This document shows positions 17,626 through 27,093 of a stretch of 34,261 nucleotides of DNA, piece by piece; positions within the stretch are counted from its first letter, which is position 1; each line of letters begins with the position of its first letter. Origin of the DNA: Patescibacteria group bacterium (GTDB lineage Bacteria; Patescibacteriota; Microgenomatia; UBA12405; JAHJSD01); contig JAHJSD010000013.1 in the NCBI GenBank assembly GCA_018830585.1, forward strand, positions 1 through 34,261, read 5' to 3'. The position numbers and the translations under genes are program-made. The notes under the pieces were generated by a model that was not told the origin of the DNA, made no database searches, and worked only from the letters and a program-made list of their open reading frames with translations.

Positions 17626-18960
17626 ATGAAAAACAGAAGGCTTCTTTTTTGGTCGATCTTATTAATCGCCCTCGTTTCTTTGCTGATAGATTTACCGACC
17701 AGCTACCGGTTGAAATTTAAAATAGGCTCTTTTAATTTCGATCAGGAAATCTCCAGACCGTTTGCCTTCCTGCGGCGTTTCAAATTAGTCAAAGGTTTGG
17801 ATCTTGCCGGAGGGGTTCACCTGATGTTTAGGGCAAAAATGGAAGACGTTGGCCAGGAAGATCGTGACCGAGCGCTGATCTCTCTTAGGGACAATATCGA
17901 AAGGAGAGTCAATCTTTTCGGGGTCAGTGAAGCGGTCATCCAGACTTCCAGGGCGGCAGATCAGTATCGGCTGATTGTTGAATTGCCCGGTGTAGTTGAT
18001 GTCGAGGAGGCGATCGACTTGGTTGGAAAGACGGCTCAATTGGATTTCAGGGAGTCGGTTGAAATTCCTCCGGAGGCGACTGAGTCGGCGACGATTTACG
18101 ACCTTTTCGCTGGCAAAACCGGGCTAACCGGCGCGCATTTGGTCAGGGGTGAAGTTCAATTCAACCCCAATACCGGAAAGCCCGAGGTAGGCTTAGAGTT
18201 TAATGAAGAGGGTAAAAAACTTTTTGGCGAGATTACCAAAAGGAATGTTGAAAAGCCGTTGGCGATTTTTTTGGATGGTCTTTTAGTTTCCGCTCCCCAG
18301 GTAAAAGAGCCGATCACTGATGGCAAGGCGGCCATCAGCGGCGAGTTTGACCTAAGACAGGCAAAATCTTTGGTTTCACAATTGAACGCCGGTTCTCTCC
18401 CGGTTTCAATCGAGCTGATCGAGCGCCGTCAGGTCGGGCCGACTTTAGGTGAAGAATCGGTTCAAAAAAGTATGAGAGCCGGTTTGGTCGGCTTAGCAAT
18501 TGTTGCCTTGTTTATGGCAATCTATTATCGCTGGCTTGGTATTTTGGCTGACGTCGGACTGGTAATTTATGCCTTGATTTCCTTGGCGGTTTACAAATTG
18601 ATTCCGGTCACTTTGACTTTGCCCGGTTTGACCGGGTTTTTGCTCTCGGTGGGGATGGCGGTGGACAGCAATATCCTGATTTTTGAAAGGATGAAAGAAG
18701 AGCTTAAGCAGGGCAAACCTTGGAACGTGGCCATGGAGCTGGGTTTCGGCCGGGCCTGGGATTCGATTCGTGATGCCAATGTTTGTACCCTGATCATTTG
18801 TTTTTTGCTCTTTAATCCGTTCGACTGGGGTTTTCTTAATAATTCCGCTATGGTTCGCGGTTTTGCCGTAACTTTGTTTCTGGGAGTTTTCATCAGTATG
18901 TTTACCGGCATTATTGTTGCCAGGACCTTGTTAAGGGTTTTTGCCAGGAAAAAAGCATGA
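17626..18960 (+). CDS. secD: Protein translocase subunit SecD
   Basis: GLDLAGG, RRVNLFGVSE, GMAVDSNILIFERMKEE. Confidence 0.97.
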   Translation: MKNRRLLFWSILLIALVSLLIDLPTSYRLKFKIGSFNFDQEISRPFAFLRRFKLVKGLDLAGGVHLMFRAKMEDVGQEDRDRALISLRDNIERRVNLFGVSEAVIQTSRAADQYRLIVELPGVVDVEEAIDLVGKTAQLDFRESVEIPPEATESATIYDLFAGKTGLTGAHLVRGEVQFNPNTGKPEVGLEFNEEGKKLFGEITKRNVEKPLAIFLDGLLVSAPQVKEPITDGKAAISGEFDLRQAKSLVSQLNAGSLPVSIELIERRQVGPTLGEESVQKSMRAGLVGLAIVALFMAIYYRWLGILADVGLVIYALISLAVYKLIPVTLTLPGLTGFLLSVGMAVDSNILIFERMKEELKQGKPWNVAMELGFGRAWDSIRDANVCTLIICFLLFNPFDWGFLNNSAMVRGFAVTLFLGVFISMFTGIIVARTLLRVFARKKA

Positions 18961-19832
18961 ATAGTATCAAATGGACTAAATTAAATTGGCTGTTTTTTAC
19001 CGTTTCGGCCCTGTTTATTTTGCCGGGGGTTTATTCTTTGATCCGCTGGGGGTTAAAACCTTCGGTTGATTTTACCGGAGGCACCTTGCTTGAAATTAGC
19101 GCCGACGGTCTAAACCGGCAGGAAGTCACCGAACTGATCGAGGGAAAAGGCTTGGGTTTAAAAAGTATTCAGTCGAGTGGGGACCGGTCTCTGCTCTTGC
19201 GTTTTGACTCCTTGGAAGAAGCCTCCAAGAATGAGCTTCTAAGTAGCATCGGGGAAAATTACGGTAATTTACCCGAAGTGGTTCGTTGGGAGTTTTTAGG
19301 TCCGGCTCTTGGACAGGAGCTTTTAACCAAGACGGGAATCAGTATCTTGTTGGCGGTTTTGGTAGTTTTGATTTATATCAATTTTCAGTTTAAAGAAAAA
19401 GCTTTCGGTATCTGCGCTATTTTGGCAATGCTCCACGACAGTCTGATCCTGCTGGGCTCGTTCAGTCTGCTGGGTCGCTTTTTCGGGGTTGAGGTGGACA
19501 GCCTTTTTGTCACCGCGGTTTTGACGATCCTTTCTTTTTCGGTCCACGATACCGTAGTTGTTTACGATCGGATTAGGGAACTTTCCAGGATAAATCCGAA
19601 AATGGCCTTTGAGGAAATTTCCGACTTGGCTGTCAGCCAAACCTTGGTCAGGTCAATCAACAATTCTTTAACCATTATTTTTATGTTGATAGCTTTGGTC
19701 TGGTTAGGAGGGGAAACAATCCGGAATTTTACCTTGGCTTTACTGATCGGCACTGTCGCCGGCACTTATTCTTCCACTTTTACCGCCGTGCCCTTGCTGG
19801 TAGTTTGGAAAAAGATTTTCAAGCGAAAGTGA
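18957..19832 (+). CDS. secF: Protein translocase subunit SecF
   Basis: VDFTGGT, FSVHDTVVVYDRIRE, GTYSS. Confidence 0.97.
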   Translation: MNSIKWTKLNWLFFTVSALFILPGVYSLIRWGLKPSVDFTGGTLLEISADGLNRQEVTELIEGKGLGLKSIQSSGDRSLLLRFDSLEEASKNELLSSIGENYGNLPEVVRWEFLGPALGQELLTKTGISILLAVLVVLIYINFQFKEKAFGICAILAMLHDSLILLGSFSLLGRFFGVEVDSLFVTAVLTILSFSVHDTVVVYDRIRELSRINPKMAFEEISDLAVSQTLVRSINNSLTIIFMLIALVWLGGETIRNFTLALLIGTVAGTYSSTFTAVPLLVVWKKIFKRK

Positions 19833-19974
19833 AGCCTTCCCAATGTAATGTCGGGGTTTTCTTCGCCGAAAGCCCCCCCGTCATTCTGAGCGGTGCCCCG
19901 TACCAGGCGGTACAGGGCGGAGCGAAAAATCCCCGAGGGAGAGCAAATTGTTTGCCTCCTCTGAGGTGGACTCC

Positions 19975-21342
19975 CTAACCTTCCAGCTTCTTAATTCTTT
20001 CCATCAAGTATTTTCTTTTATTTCTCTCTTTGTCCTCTTCCACCTCTTCAAAAAGCTGTTTTAAAATTCGGCCCACTTCAGGTCCGGGCCCTATTTCTAA
20101 AATCTCCATCACGTCGTTGCCGCTAACTTTTAAATCGGCAACAGAAAACGGTTGTTTTTGAACTTCGACCAATCGTTTTTTAAACAAGTCAGTTCTCCAA
20201 GAGGTCTTAGGGACTCCACTGCCGACTCTGTCGCCGGTGCGGATCGACAGGATATCATCCAAATTTTCCTTGCCCACTCTTCTGATAAATCTGCGGATAG
20301 CGGCATCGGTCAGATTTTCATCCGGAGCAAACTGGTGCCAGCGCACCAGGCGCCAGAGCTTGTCTAGTTGTTTATTAGATAGTCTCAGCCGGAGGCCTAT
20401 TTTTTTGGCGATTGCTGCGCCGACCACCTCATGGTTGTGAAAACTTCTGTCCTCTCCTTCGCCCTGAACCACGACTGGCTTGCCAATATCGTGAAGTAAC
20501 GCCGCCAGTCGGGTTACCGGATTTTTGGAGTCGCAAAACCTGAGTGTTTCAATTGCGTGGGTCCAGACATCATGGATATGGTGTTTGGCTTGGTCTACCC
20601 CCCGCCCTTGGATCAATTCGGGCATCAGGTGTTGGAGCAGTCCGGAGTTAAAAAGCATTAAAAGCCCGTCAGCCGGGTGCTTGCTGGATAAAAGTTTAAA
20701 AATTTCAACCTGGATTCTCTCCCAAGCAATTTTTTCAATTAAACCAGCATTTTTCTCAATTGATTTGAAAGTATTCGGCTCAATAATAAAACCTAACTGG
20801 GTGGCGATCCTTACTGCTCGGAGCAGTCTTAAGGAGTCTTCTTTAAATCTCTGGTCCGGGTCGCCAACGGCCCGGATTATTTTTTTCTTTAAATCTTCCC
20901 GGCCGCCGGAAGGATCAACTATCTTTCGAATTTCGGATTTCGAATTTCGGATTTCAAAATTTATGGCAATCGCATTAATGGTCAGATCTCTTCTGGAGAG
21001 ATCTTCCTCGATTGTCTTTCCCCAGCGGACCTGGTCGGGGCGTCTTTTATCGGAGTACCTTCCTTCGGTCCGGTAGGTAGTGATTTCCAAAATGTCATTT
21101 TTATTTTTGCCCATTACTACGCTGACAGTGCCGAATTTATTCTGGTAAAAGCTGTTTTTAGGAAAAAGAGCCAGGATTTGTTTCGGTGTGGCATTGGTGG
21201 CAAAATCCCAGTCCTCGATTCTGTGTTTAGTCAGCAGCCCTCTTGAGGAGCCGCCGACGACGAAAAGCTCAATCTTCGCTTTTTGGAAAACCCTAATTAT
21301 TTTTTTAACCTTATCCGGTATTTCGTCTTTCTTAATTTTCAT
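19975..21342 (-). CDS. cca: CCA-adding tRNA nucleotidyltransferase with HD domain
   Basis: VGG..R..DWDFATNATP, DLSRRDLTINAIA, RFKEDSLRLLRAVR, LLHDIGK. Confidence 0.93.
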   Translation of the reverse strand: MKIKKDEIPDKVKKIIRVFQKAKIELFVVGGSSRGLLTKHRIEDWDFATNATPKQILALFPKNSFYQNKFGTVSVVMGKNKNDILEITTYRTEGRYSDKRRPDQVRWGKTIEEDLSRRDLTINAIAINFEIRNSKSEIRKIVDPSGGREDLKKKIIRAVGDPDQRFKEDSLRLLRAVRIATQLGFIIEPNTFKSIEKNAGLIEKIAWERIQVEIFKLLSSKHPADGLLMLFNSGLLQHLMPELIQGRGVDQAKHHIHDVWTHAIETLRFCDSKNPVTRLAALLHDIGKPVVVQGEGEDRSFHNHEVVGAAIAKKIGLRLRLSNKQLDKLWRLVRWHQFAPDENLTDAAIRRFIRRVGKENLDDILSIRTGDRVGSGVPKTSWRTDLFKKRLVEVQKQPFSVADLKVSGNDVMEILEIGPGPEVGRILKQLFEEVEEDKERNKRKYLMERIKKLEG

Positions 21343-21537
21343 TTTATGATCAATACCCCATTATAACAGCCAATTTTGTTTCGGTCAGTTTTTAATTAAA
21401 AGCAAAATTTCTTGGTAAAATCACTTTGCAATCTAGTCAGACAAAAGTCCTAAAACGCCTCCCTTCTCTCCGTCATCCTGATCCGCCAGCTGGCGGATGA
21501 TGACGAAGAATCCAGCGAAGCGTAATGTATTAATCTC

Positions 21538-21608
21538 AATGAGTAAATGGTTAAATGCATAAATGATCAAATGACTAAATATTAAATGTTAATATATTAA
21601 TTGAAATG
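21538..21608 (+). repeat. Degenerate 7-8 bp tandem repeat (AAATGnnT) upstream of recJ
   Basis: AAATGGTT AAATGCAT AAATGATC AAATGACT AAATATT AAATGTT. Confidence 0.6.
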
Positions 21609-23258
21609 ATCGACAAGAAATGGATTTTGCTTCATTCAAAAAAAGTTACCCGGCAAGTCGGTCCGGAAGAAGTTTTAAAAATCCTCCTTAAAAACAGGAA
21701 AATAGTTTCTTCAAAAAGAGCCGAGTTTTTAAATCCGACTCATCCTTCCAAAATCGATCCGGCCAAAGCGGGTATTTCCAAAACTTCTTTGGATCGGGCA
21801 GGCGGCCTGATTAAAAGGTCCAAAAAAGAGAAAATAGTTGTCTACGGCGATTATGACGCCGATGGCTTGTCTTCGGCGGCGATTGTCTGGGAGTCGCTTT
21901 GGGCCAAAGGTTATGATGTGATTCCATTCATGCCTCACCGGGAAGAAGACGGTTATGGCATCAATCCTGGTTCGGTGAAAAAGTTAAAGAAAAAATACCC
22001 AAACTTAGGCTTAATTATTACTGTTGACAACGGCATTGTCGCTTTTGACGGGATCAAAACAGCTAAAGATTTGGGCATTAAAACAATCATTACCGACCAC
22101 CACCTTGCTTTAGACAAACTCCCCCCTGCCGATGTTATTGTTCACAGTACTGAGCTGGCAGGCAGCGGTGTTGCCTGGTTTTTAGCTTCTCTTTTTGGCT
22201 ACCGGTCTTTAGAGTTAGTCGCCTTAGGCACGATTGCCGATATGCTTCCTCTATCGGGAGTTAACAGAAGTTTTGTTAAGTACGGCATCAAAGAAATATC
22301 TAAAACCAATCGGGTCGGCTTGAAATTACTTAAACAAAAAGGAGGTATCGGCAGCAAGGATGAAGTTCTTCCCTGGCAGGTTTCTTTTATCTTGGCGCCG
22401 AGGTTAAACGCGGCCGGCCGGCTTTCCGACGCGGTTGACGGACTAAGACTGCTTTGCACCAAAAAGACCGCCAGAGCAAAAGAGTTGGTGGAAAAATTAG
22501 AAACGATCAATTCTAAGAGGCAGAAATTAACCATTGATGGGATAGATGATGCCAAGAAAAATATCAAACCATCTCTGCAGAAAATGATTTTTGCCGTTGA
22601 TGAATCTTATCATCAGGGAATTATCGGTTTGATCGCCGGCAAACTGACGGAGGAATTTTACCGCCCGTCAATAGTCATTTCCAAAGGGGAAAAAATCAGT
22701 CGCGGTTCGGCCCGGTCGGTTAACGGCTTTAATATTATCGAGTTTATCAGAAAGGCGGAGCCCCTTTTGATTGATGCCGGCGGTCATCCTATGGCGGCCG
22801 GTTTTACCATAGAAACGTCGAAAATAAATAAGTTTATCAACCAATTGGGAAAAATGGCTGAAAAAGAGATCAAGACGGAAGATTTGGCTCCTGAATTGAA
22901 AATAGATTTTTCTACAGATGCCTCTTTAGTTGGCAAGAAGCTTTACCGCTTAATCCAAGAACTGGCTCCGTTTGGTTTGGGTAACCCGGAGCCGCTGTTT
23001 TTAATCAAAAGAGCCAGAGTGGTCAGATGCCAGGCTTTAGGATCGGAAAGACAGCATTTAAAGCTTTGGCTTGACGATCCCGAAACTAAAGCGATAGAAA
23101 GAGTTGTTGCCGAAGCGATCGGTTTCGGCTGGGGAGACTTTTGGCAGGACTTGCTCACGGGCGATTTTGTTGACTTGGTTGCCAGCTTAAATTTGAACCG
23201 CTGGCGGGACAGGGAAACAATCCAGTTAAAGATCAGAGACTTAAGAAAAGCAGGTTGA
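21606..23258 (+). CDS. recJ: ssDNA exonuclease RecJ
   Basis: YGDYDADG, ITVDNGI, TDHH, APRLNAAGRL, GGHPMAAG. Confidence 0.97.
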   Translation: MIDKKWILLHSKKVTRQVGPEEVLKILLKNRKIVSSKRAEFLNPTHPSKIDPAKAGISKTSLDRAGGLIKRSKKEKIVVYGDYDADGLSSAAIVWESLWAKGYDVIPFMPHREEDGYGINPGSVKKLKKKYPNLGLIITVDNGIVAFDGIKTAKDLGIKTIITDHHLALDKLPPADVIVHSTELAGSGVAWFLASLFGYRSLELVALGTIADMLPLSGVNRSFVKYGIKEISKTNRVGLKLLKQKGGIGSKDEVLPWQVSFILAPRLNAAGRLSDAVDGLRLLCTKKTARAKELVEKLETINSKRQKLTIDGIDDAKKNIKPSLQKMIFAVDESYHQGIIGLIAGKLTEEFYRPSIVISKGEKISRGSARSVNGFNIIEFIRKAEPLLIDAGGHPMAAGFTIETSKINKFINQLGKMAEKEIKTEDLAPELKIDFSTDASLVGKKLYRLIQELAPFGLGNPEPLFLIKRARVVRCQALGSERQHLKLWLDDPETKAIERVVAEAIGFGWGDFWQDLLTGDFVDLVASLNLNRWRDRETIQLKIRDLRKAG

Positions 23259-23308
23259 TTGGTGATACAAGCACCCATCTTTCCCCTCCTTCCCGTTGGT
23301 ATTATTAG

Positions 23309-23364
23309 TTTATCACACACTTTATCACACACCAGGTGTGGGATAGGTTGACACATCGGGAATT
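23309..23364 (+). repeat. Repeat module A
   Basis: TTTATCACACAC twice, then CAGGTGTGGGATAGGTTGACACATCGGGAATT. Confidence 0.85.
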
Positions 23365-23442
23365 GATTCCAAGATACTCTGCACCGGGTACCAGGTGTGG
23401 CAAAATATTACTCAAAATTTTATTTCTTAAAACATTCAAATT

Positions 23443-23514
23443 ATGACTATCTCAAATAACATTGAATATTTAGACTTAGTTGATGACGATGATTGTATCA
23501 CACCCCCGAGATGA
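23443..23514 (+). pseudogene. N-terminal fragment of a NUDIX/Idi-like hydrolase
   Basis: MTISNNIEYLDLVDDDDCI, then runs into the CACACCCCCGAG repeat and stops. Confidence 0.45.
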
Positions 23515-23712
23515 AATCCGCAGACACCTCGGGGGGTGAACAGTGGTCGATACTTTAGCAAAGGATTTTGACCGCCCAGCGAGGCGAGCAGGCAGTCAGA
23601 AAGAGCATTACCGAATTGGTTGATATCTACAACGGGGAATACGTTGGGAGGAAGCCACTTGAAAAGATGCGATGTTATTTCCTGAATAAATCTGACAATT
23701 CTGCCCCGGTCC

Positions 23713-24250
23713 CTAAGATGATGGTGGCCATTTGACTTTGCCAACTGCAATATCGCAAAGCCAATAACCAAACTCATCTCTTTTAGAAAAACCCAATTTG
23801 TCCGCTAACTGCCAGCACCTTACCATTGTTTTCTTTTCACTACCTCTCTTAACCATCAGTTCTATCTCGACAAAATTTCCAATATTTTTGACTTGATCGA
23901 GACAGATATTAAAATCTCCCAATTGATACTGTTCTCGTTTTTTTATCGATTGCTCCCATTTTCGGAAAGCCCAACCTTTTAAGAAGTTTTTCAATCTCTG
24001 CACCCGCCGGCATTTCAATTTCGCACTCGTCGTTAACACCATCAGCCAAATTAATATGGTGAGCGATTGTTTTTTTATCTCCCGCTCTCCTAACCCTTAA
24101 ATATTCTCCATTCTCAACCAAAACTTTTGCCGGATGGTCATAGTAAGTATCAATCTGACGCTTCGTTTTCATTAAAACAGCCGCTGTTTTTGATAGTTTT
24201 TTTCTCAAACTGGATAGATTTTTGCAAACCAATTTTATTTCAACTTCCAT
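23713..24250 (-). pseudogene. cyaB: CYTH/class IV adenylate cyclase, frameshifted
   Basis: MEVEIK, QIDTYY, LRVR in one frame; KREQY..ICLDQVKNIGNFVEIE in another; frames join at an A7 run (23938-23944). Confidence 0.8.
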
Positions 24251-24256
24251 TGTTAT

Positions 24257-25039
24257 TTATTCTACCTCTTTTCTTGAACCTTCAGGTGATTTCGCTTGCC
24301 CTTCGGGCCAAAATCCTTTCTCCTCTAGAAGCGTTTTTACTTTACCATATACTTTCTCTTCAGAACCACTGGCATCAACCACTGGCCATTTCAATTCTTG
24401 AGCGCACCAAAGCCAAGCTGCTCTTTTGGCCGCAAAACGCCCTAATGTATCTGCCTCGGGCAAATAACCATGCTCTCTCAACCAAGAGAGGAAATCCGCT
24501 CCTGTAGGAACAGATTTTCCCTCTAAACTCATTTTACTTAAAATCCTTCCGCTGACAACTTCTTTATCCCCAACATCTAGAACTATTCCCCACACTCCTT
24601 CCGGTATAAATTTTCTTAAGGCTTGCCGAGCTTTATCCGTGGCCTTCTCGGTAAAATCATTAAAACCATCATATTCAAATGCTAAACGATGGGCCACATC
24701 TACTAGAACAAGTCTATCTAATATTCCAACTATTCCTTCTTTTCTCTTTGATTCCTCCAATTTTGCCTTTGTTTCTCTTACTTGCCGCATTTGCATCAAG
24801 GAATAATAAAAATCCCTGCTTCCTTCCCGAGTGGATCTTTTAGCCAAATCAGACTCCCCAAACCAACCTCCTCCCCTGATATACTCCACTTTTAATTCTC
24901 GTGCCAGCCTTTTAGCCAAAGTAGTTTTGCCAGTAGCGTCGACTCCTTCAAAAACTAAAAGTATTGGCCTACGCATCTGCATCTCTCGCAATTCTGTTTT
25001 CGGAATAATTTCTTTAATCATTTTTAAAAACTTTTCCAA
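24257..25039 (-). CDS. Thymidylate-kinase-like P-loop kinase
   Basis: LVFEGVDATGKTT, ILDR, VVDASGSEEKV; start uncertain (TTG 25039 or downstream ATG). Confidence 0.7.
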   Translation of the reverse strand: MEKFLKMIKEIIPKTELREMQMRRPILLVFEGVDATGKTTLAKRLARELKVEYIRGGGWFGESDLAKRSTREGSRDFYYSLMQMRQVRETKAKLEESKRKEGIVGILDRLVLVDVAHRLAFEYDGFNDFTEKATDKARQALRKFIPEGVWGIVLDVGDKEVVSGRILSKMSLEGKSVPTGADFLSWLREHGYLPEADTLGRFAAKRAAWLWCAQELKWPVVDASGSEEKVYGKVKTLLEEKGFWPEGQAKSPEGSRKEVE

Positions 25040-25250
25040 TTCAATTTTACCATAAGGCTTAAGTTTTCTGAGCTGCGTGAGCTCTCAAAACGATAGCAAC
25101 CTCCTATGGTAGACCGGTATCATCTCCTCTACGGAAACCGGAATGGATGTGAGTAAAATAGAGTATCGTTCAAAAACAGCCACCAGGAATGTTAGAATAG
25201 TGACCATGTACCGGATTAAATGTAAAAAATGTTTCGGAAATAGATTTTTT

Positions 25251-25600
25251 TACACACCTTTCACACACCAGGTGTGGGATAGGTTGACACATCGGGTTTT
25301 TCACATTTTTTCACGCCCCCCAGGGTGGGATAGAGGCCTGCCCGCCAAAGCTGAGCTCGCCTCGTTGAGCGGTCGAAGCGGGTCTGGCGATGCGAGCGGG
25401 CTGACACCTGCCTGCCGGCAGGCCTTGGGAATCATTCCCAAGATAGCCCAACACTGAGTGTGGGAAATTAACACCCCCGGGGTGGGCTTTGACTCCCCGG
25501 GGGTGGGTTGAAACGACCTGGGATCATGATTATCCTAGTACCAAGAAGACCACGGGTGCAAGTCCGTGGATGAATTGGTCTTTTGGTACGTGGGCTCGCC
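25251..25600 (+). repeat. Repeat cluster (module A, nested palindromes, module C, IS200/IS605-end-like hairpin)
   Basis: CACACACCAGGTGTGGGATAGGTTGACACATCGGG; ACACCCCCGGGGTGGGCTTTGACTCCCCGGGGGTGG; CCACGGGTGCAAGTCCGTGGATGAA. Confidence 0.75.
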
Positions 25601-25743
25601 ACATTATCTAGCTGTAGTATCCCCAATATTCTTTCAAAATGGTGATACAATTTCTTCAGGACGGTCGCATGATAGGTGGTCTATTAGGAGAAAGACCCAA
25701 AGATTAGGATAGTATTTTTGTCGCCACAGGAAAATTAATAAAA

Positions 25744-26313
25744 ATGGACAAGATTAAATGGGGTCCGCGGTTACCTACCGGGCTGTTGAAAAAACTATAT
25801 AGACAAGACGCATTAGGCATCCAAGACGGGGTTCTTTGTGAAGAAGTTGGTCTTTATTTATTAAATCGTTGCCGTACTTTAATCCTTGTGTACCGGAAAG
25901 AAGTTGAGTGTCCGGTATGTAAAAAGATTCTTAAGGTGCCGCCGGAGGGAACTATTTTCTGTACTACGGACGGATGCAATTGGACGATTTCAAAAAAAGA
26001 GTATGGAGAAGGTGTCAAGAATCATTATGCGTATCCGGGGAGGGCGGGGGCGGCCTATTTAAAATATTTTGAAAATTATCCAACCACGAAAACGTACCAA
26101 GAAAAGATTATTTTAATAGATACATTAATTCATAGTTTTCACATTGATGAAAAAACAAACGAACCTAAAAAGTCGATTGCATCCAAACTTCTTGAGGGGA
26201 GCAAAGACGGGATAATAAAATTTTTGGATGAATTATTCTCTGAAAACACAGACAGCAACAAAGAATGGAGAGAAATGATGAGAAACACAATTCATGGGGC
26301 TAAATTGAAATGA
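25744..26313 (+). CDS. Hypothetical protein with CxxC...CxxxxC zinc ribbon
   Basis: 189 aa open frame; CPVC, CTTDGC, IDTLIHSFH; repeats on both sides. Confidence 0.75.
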   Translation: MDKIKWGPRLPTGLLKKLYRQDALGIQDGVLCEEVGLYLLNRCRTLILVYRKEVECPVCKKILKVPPEGTIFCTTDGCNWTISKKEYGEGVKNHYAYPGRAGAAYLKYFENYPTTKTYQEKIILIDTLIHSFHIDEKTNEPKKSIASKLLEGSKDGIIKFLDELFSENTDSNKEWREMMRNTIHGAKLK

Positions 26314-26378
26314 ATATAATGCCACATACCAGGCGTGGGATAAAAGATAACGTGGTGGAATAAGATTCTGGTGTGTCG

Positions 26379-26440
26379 CACACCCCGGGGTGGGCTTTGA
26401 CTCCCCGGGGGTGGATTAAGATGACCTCGGATTATGATCC
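26379..26440 (+). repeat. Repeat module C
   Basis: CACACCCCGGGGTGGGCTTTGACTCCCCGGGGGTGG, near-identical to 25471-25506. Confidence 0.8.
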
Positions 26441-26441
26441 C

Positions 26442-26618
26442 GCTTGGGTGATATATAAGATAATTTATCCCGGAAGAATTTTGCCAAACAAGCGTGAGGG
26501 TATCGAATCAATAGATTTTTATCCTCTTGATAAAATCAAGGATATGATTTCAGAAAATCCAAAAATGTTCAAAGAGGATCTTCCCAAAGTTATTAATTTA
26601 TTAGGAGAAAACTTATGA
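26442..26618 (+). pseudogene. C-terminal fragment of a NUDIX-like hydrolase
   Basis: VIYKIIYPGRILPNKREGIESIDFYPLDKIKDMISENPKMF; 5' end replaced by a repeat; ATGA-coupled to the next gene. Confidence 0.5.
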
Positions 26619-26845
26619 GCAAACTATCCTGCGGGACTGGGCTACAGAAAAATATCATAGACAAGGAGGCGTTCGAAAGAGAGCTTGCTCTATGTCATAA
26701 TCTGTCTCAGGAGAATGGCGGTAAATGTGGTTGGGGGATATGTAAAGATTGTGGGGTAATACCGCTTCTTTACAAATTATACAAGGGCGTGTTACTTGAA
26801 GACCCTGCTGAAATAAAAAAGGCAAAAAATAAAGTAGTGAAATAA
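26615..26845 (+). CDS. Small Cys-containing hypothetical protein
   Basis: 76 aa; RBS AGGAG; KCGWGICKDCGVIPLLYKL. Confidence 0.75.
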   Translation: MSKLSCGTGLQKNIIDKEAFERELALCHNLSQENGGKCGWGICKDCGVIPLLYKLYKGVLLEDPAEIKKAKNKVVK

Positions 26846-26900
26846 GATTCTTGCGTCATAAATCACCTAACATGGTATATGGGGTTACTGTCATACGTCA

Positions 26901-27048
26901 TATCACACACCCGGTGTGTGATAGGTTGACACCTCGGGAATTATTTATCACACACCCGGTGTGGGAAATTCTTCGAGTAACGTCGGGAAGAATTTGTTAA
27001 ATTAATTCGATCCTGGATCGAAAAACCTAAAACGATCCAGGATCGTGA
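26901..27048 (+). repeat. Modular repeat element, best-preserved copy (modules A+B)
   Basis: TATCACACACCCGGTGTGTGATA-GGTTGACACCTCGGGAATT, second ATCACACACCCGGTGTGGGAAATT, TTCTTCGAG hairpin, TTCGATCCTGGATCGAA...GATCCAGGATCGTGA. Confidence 0.85.
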
Positions 27049-27093
27049 TTATCCTGCTTGAATTTAAACTTCAACTTCCGGTATAATATTGGT

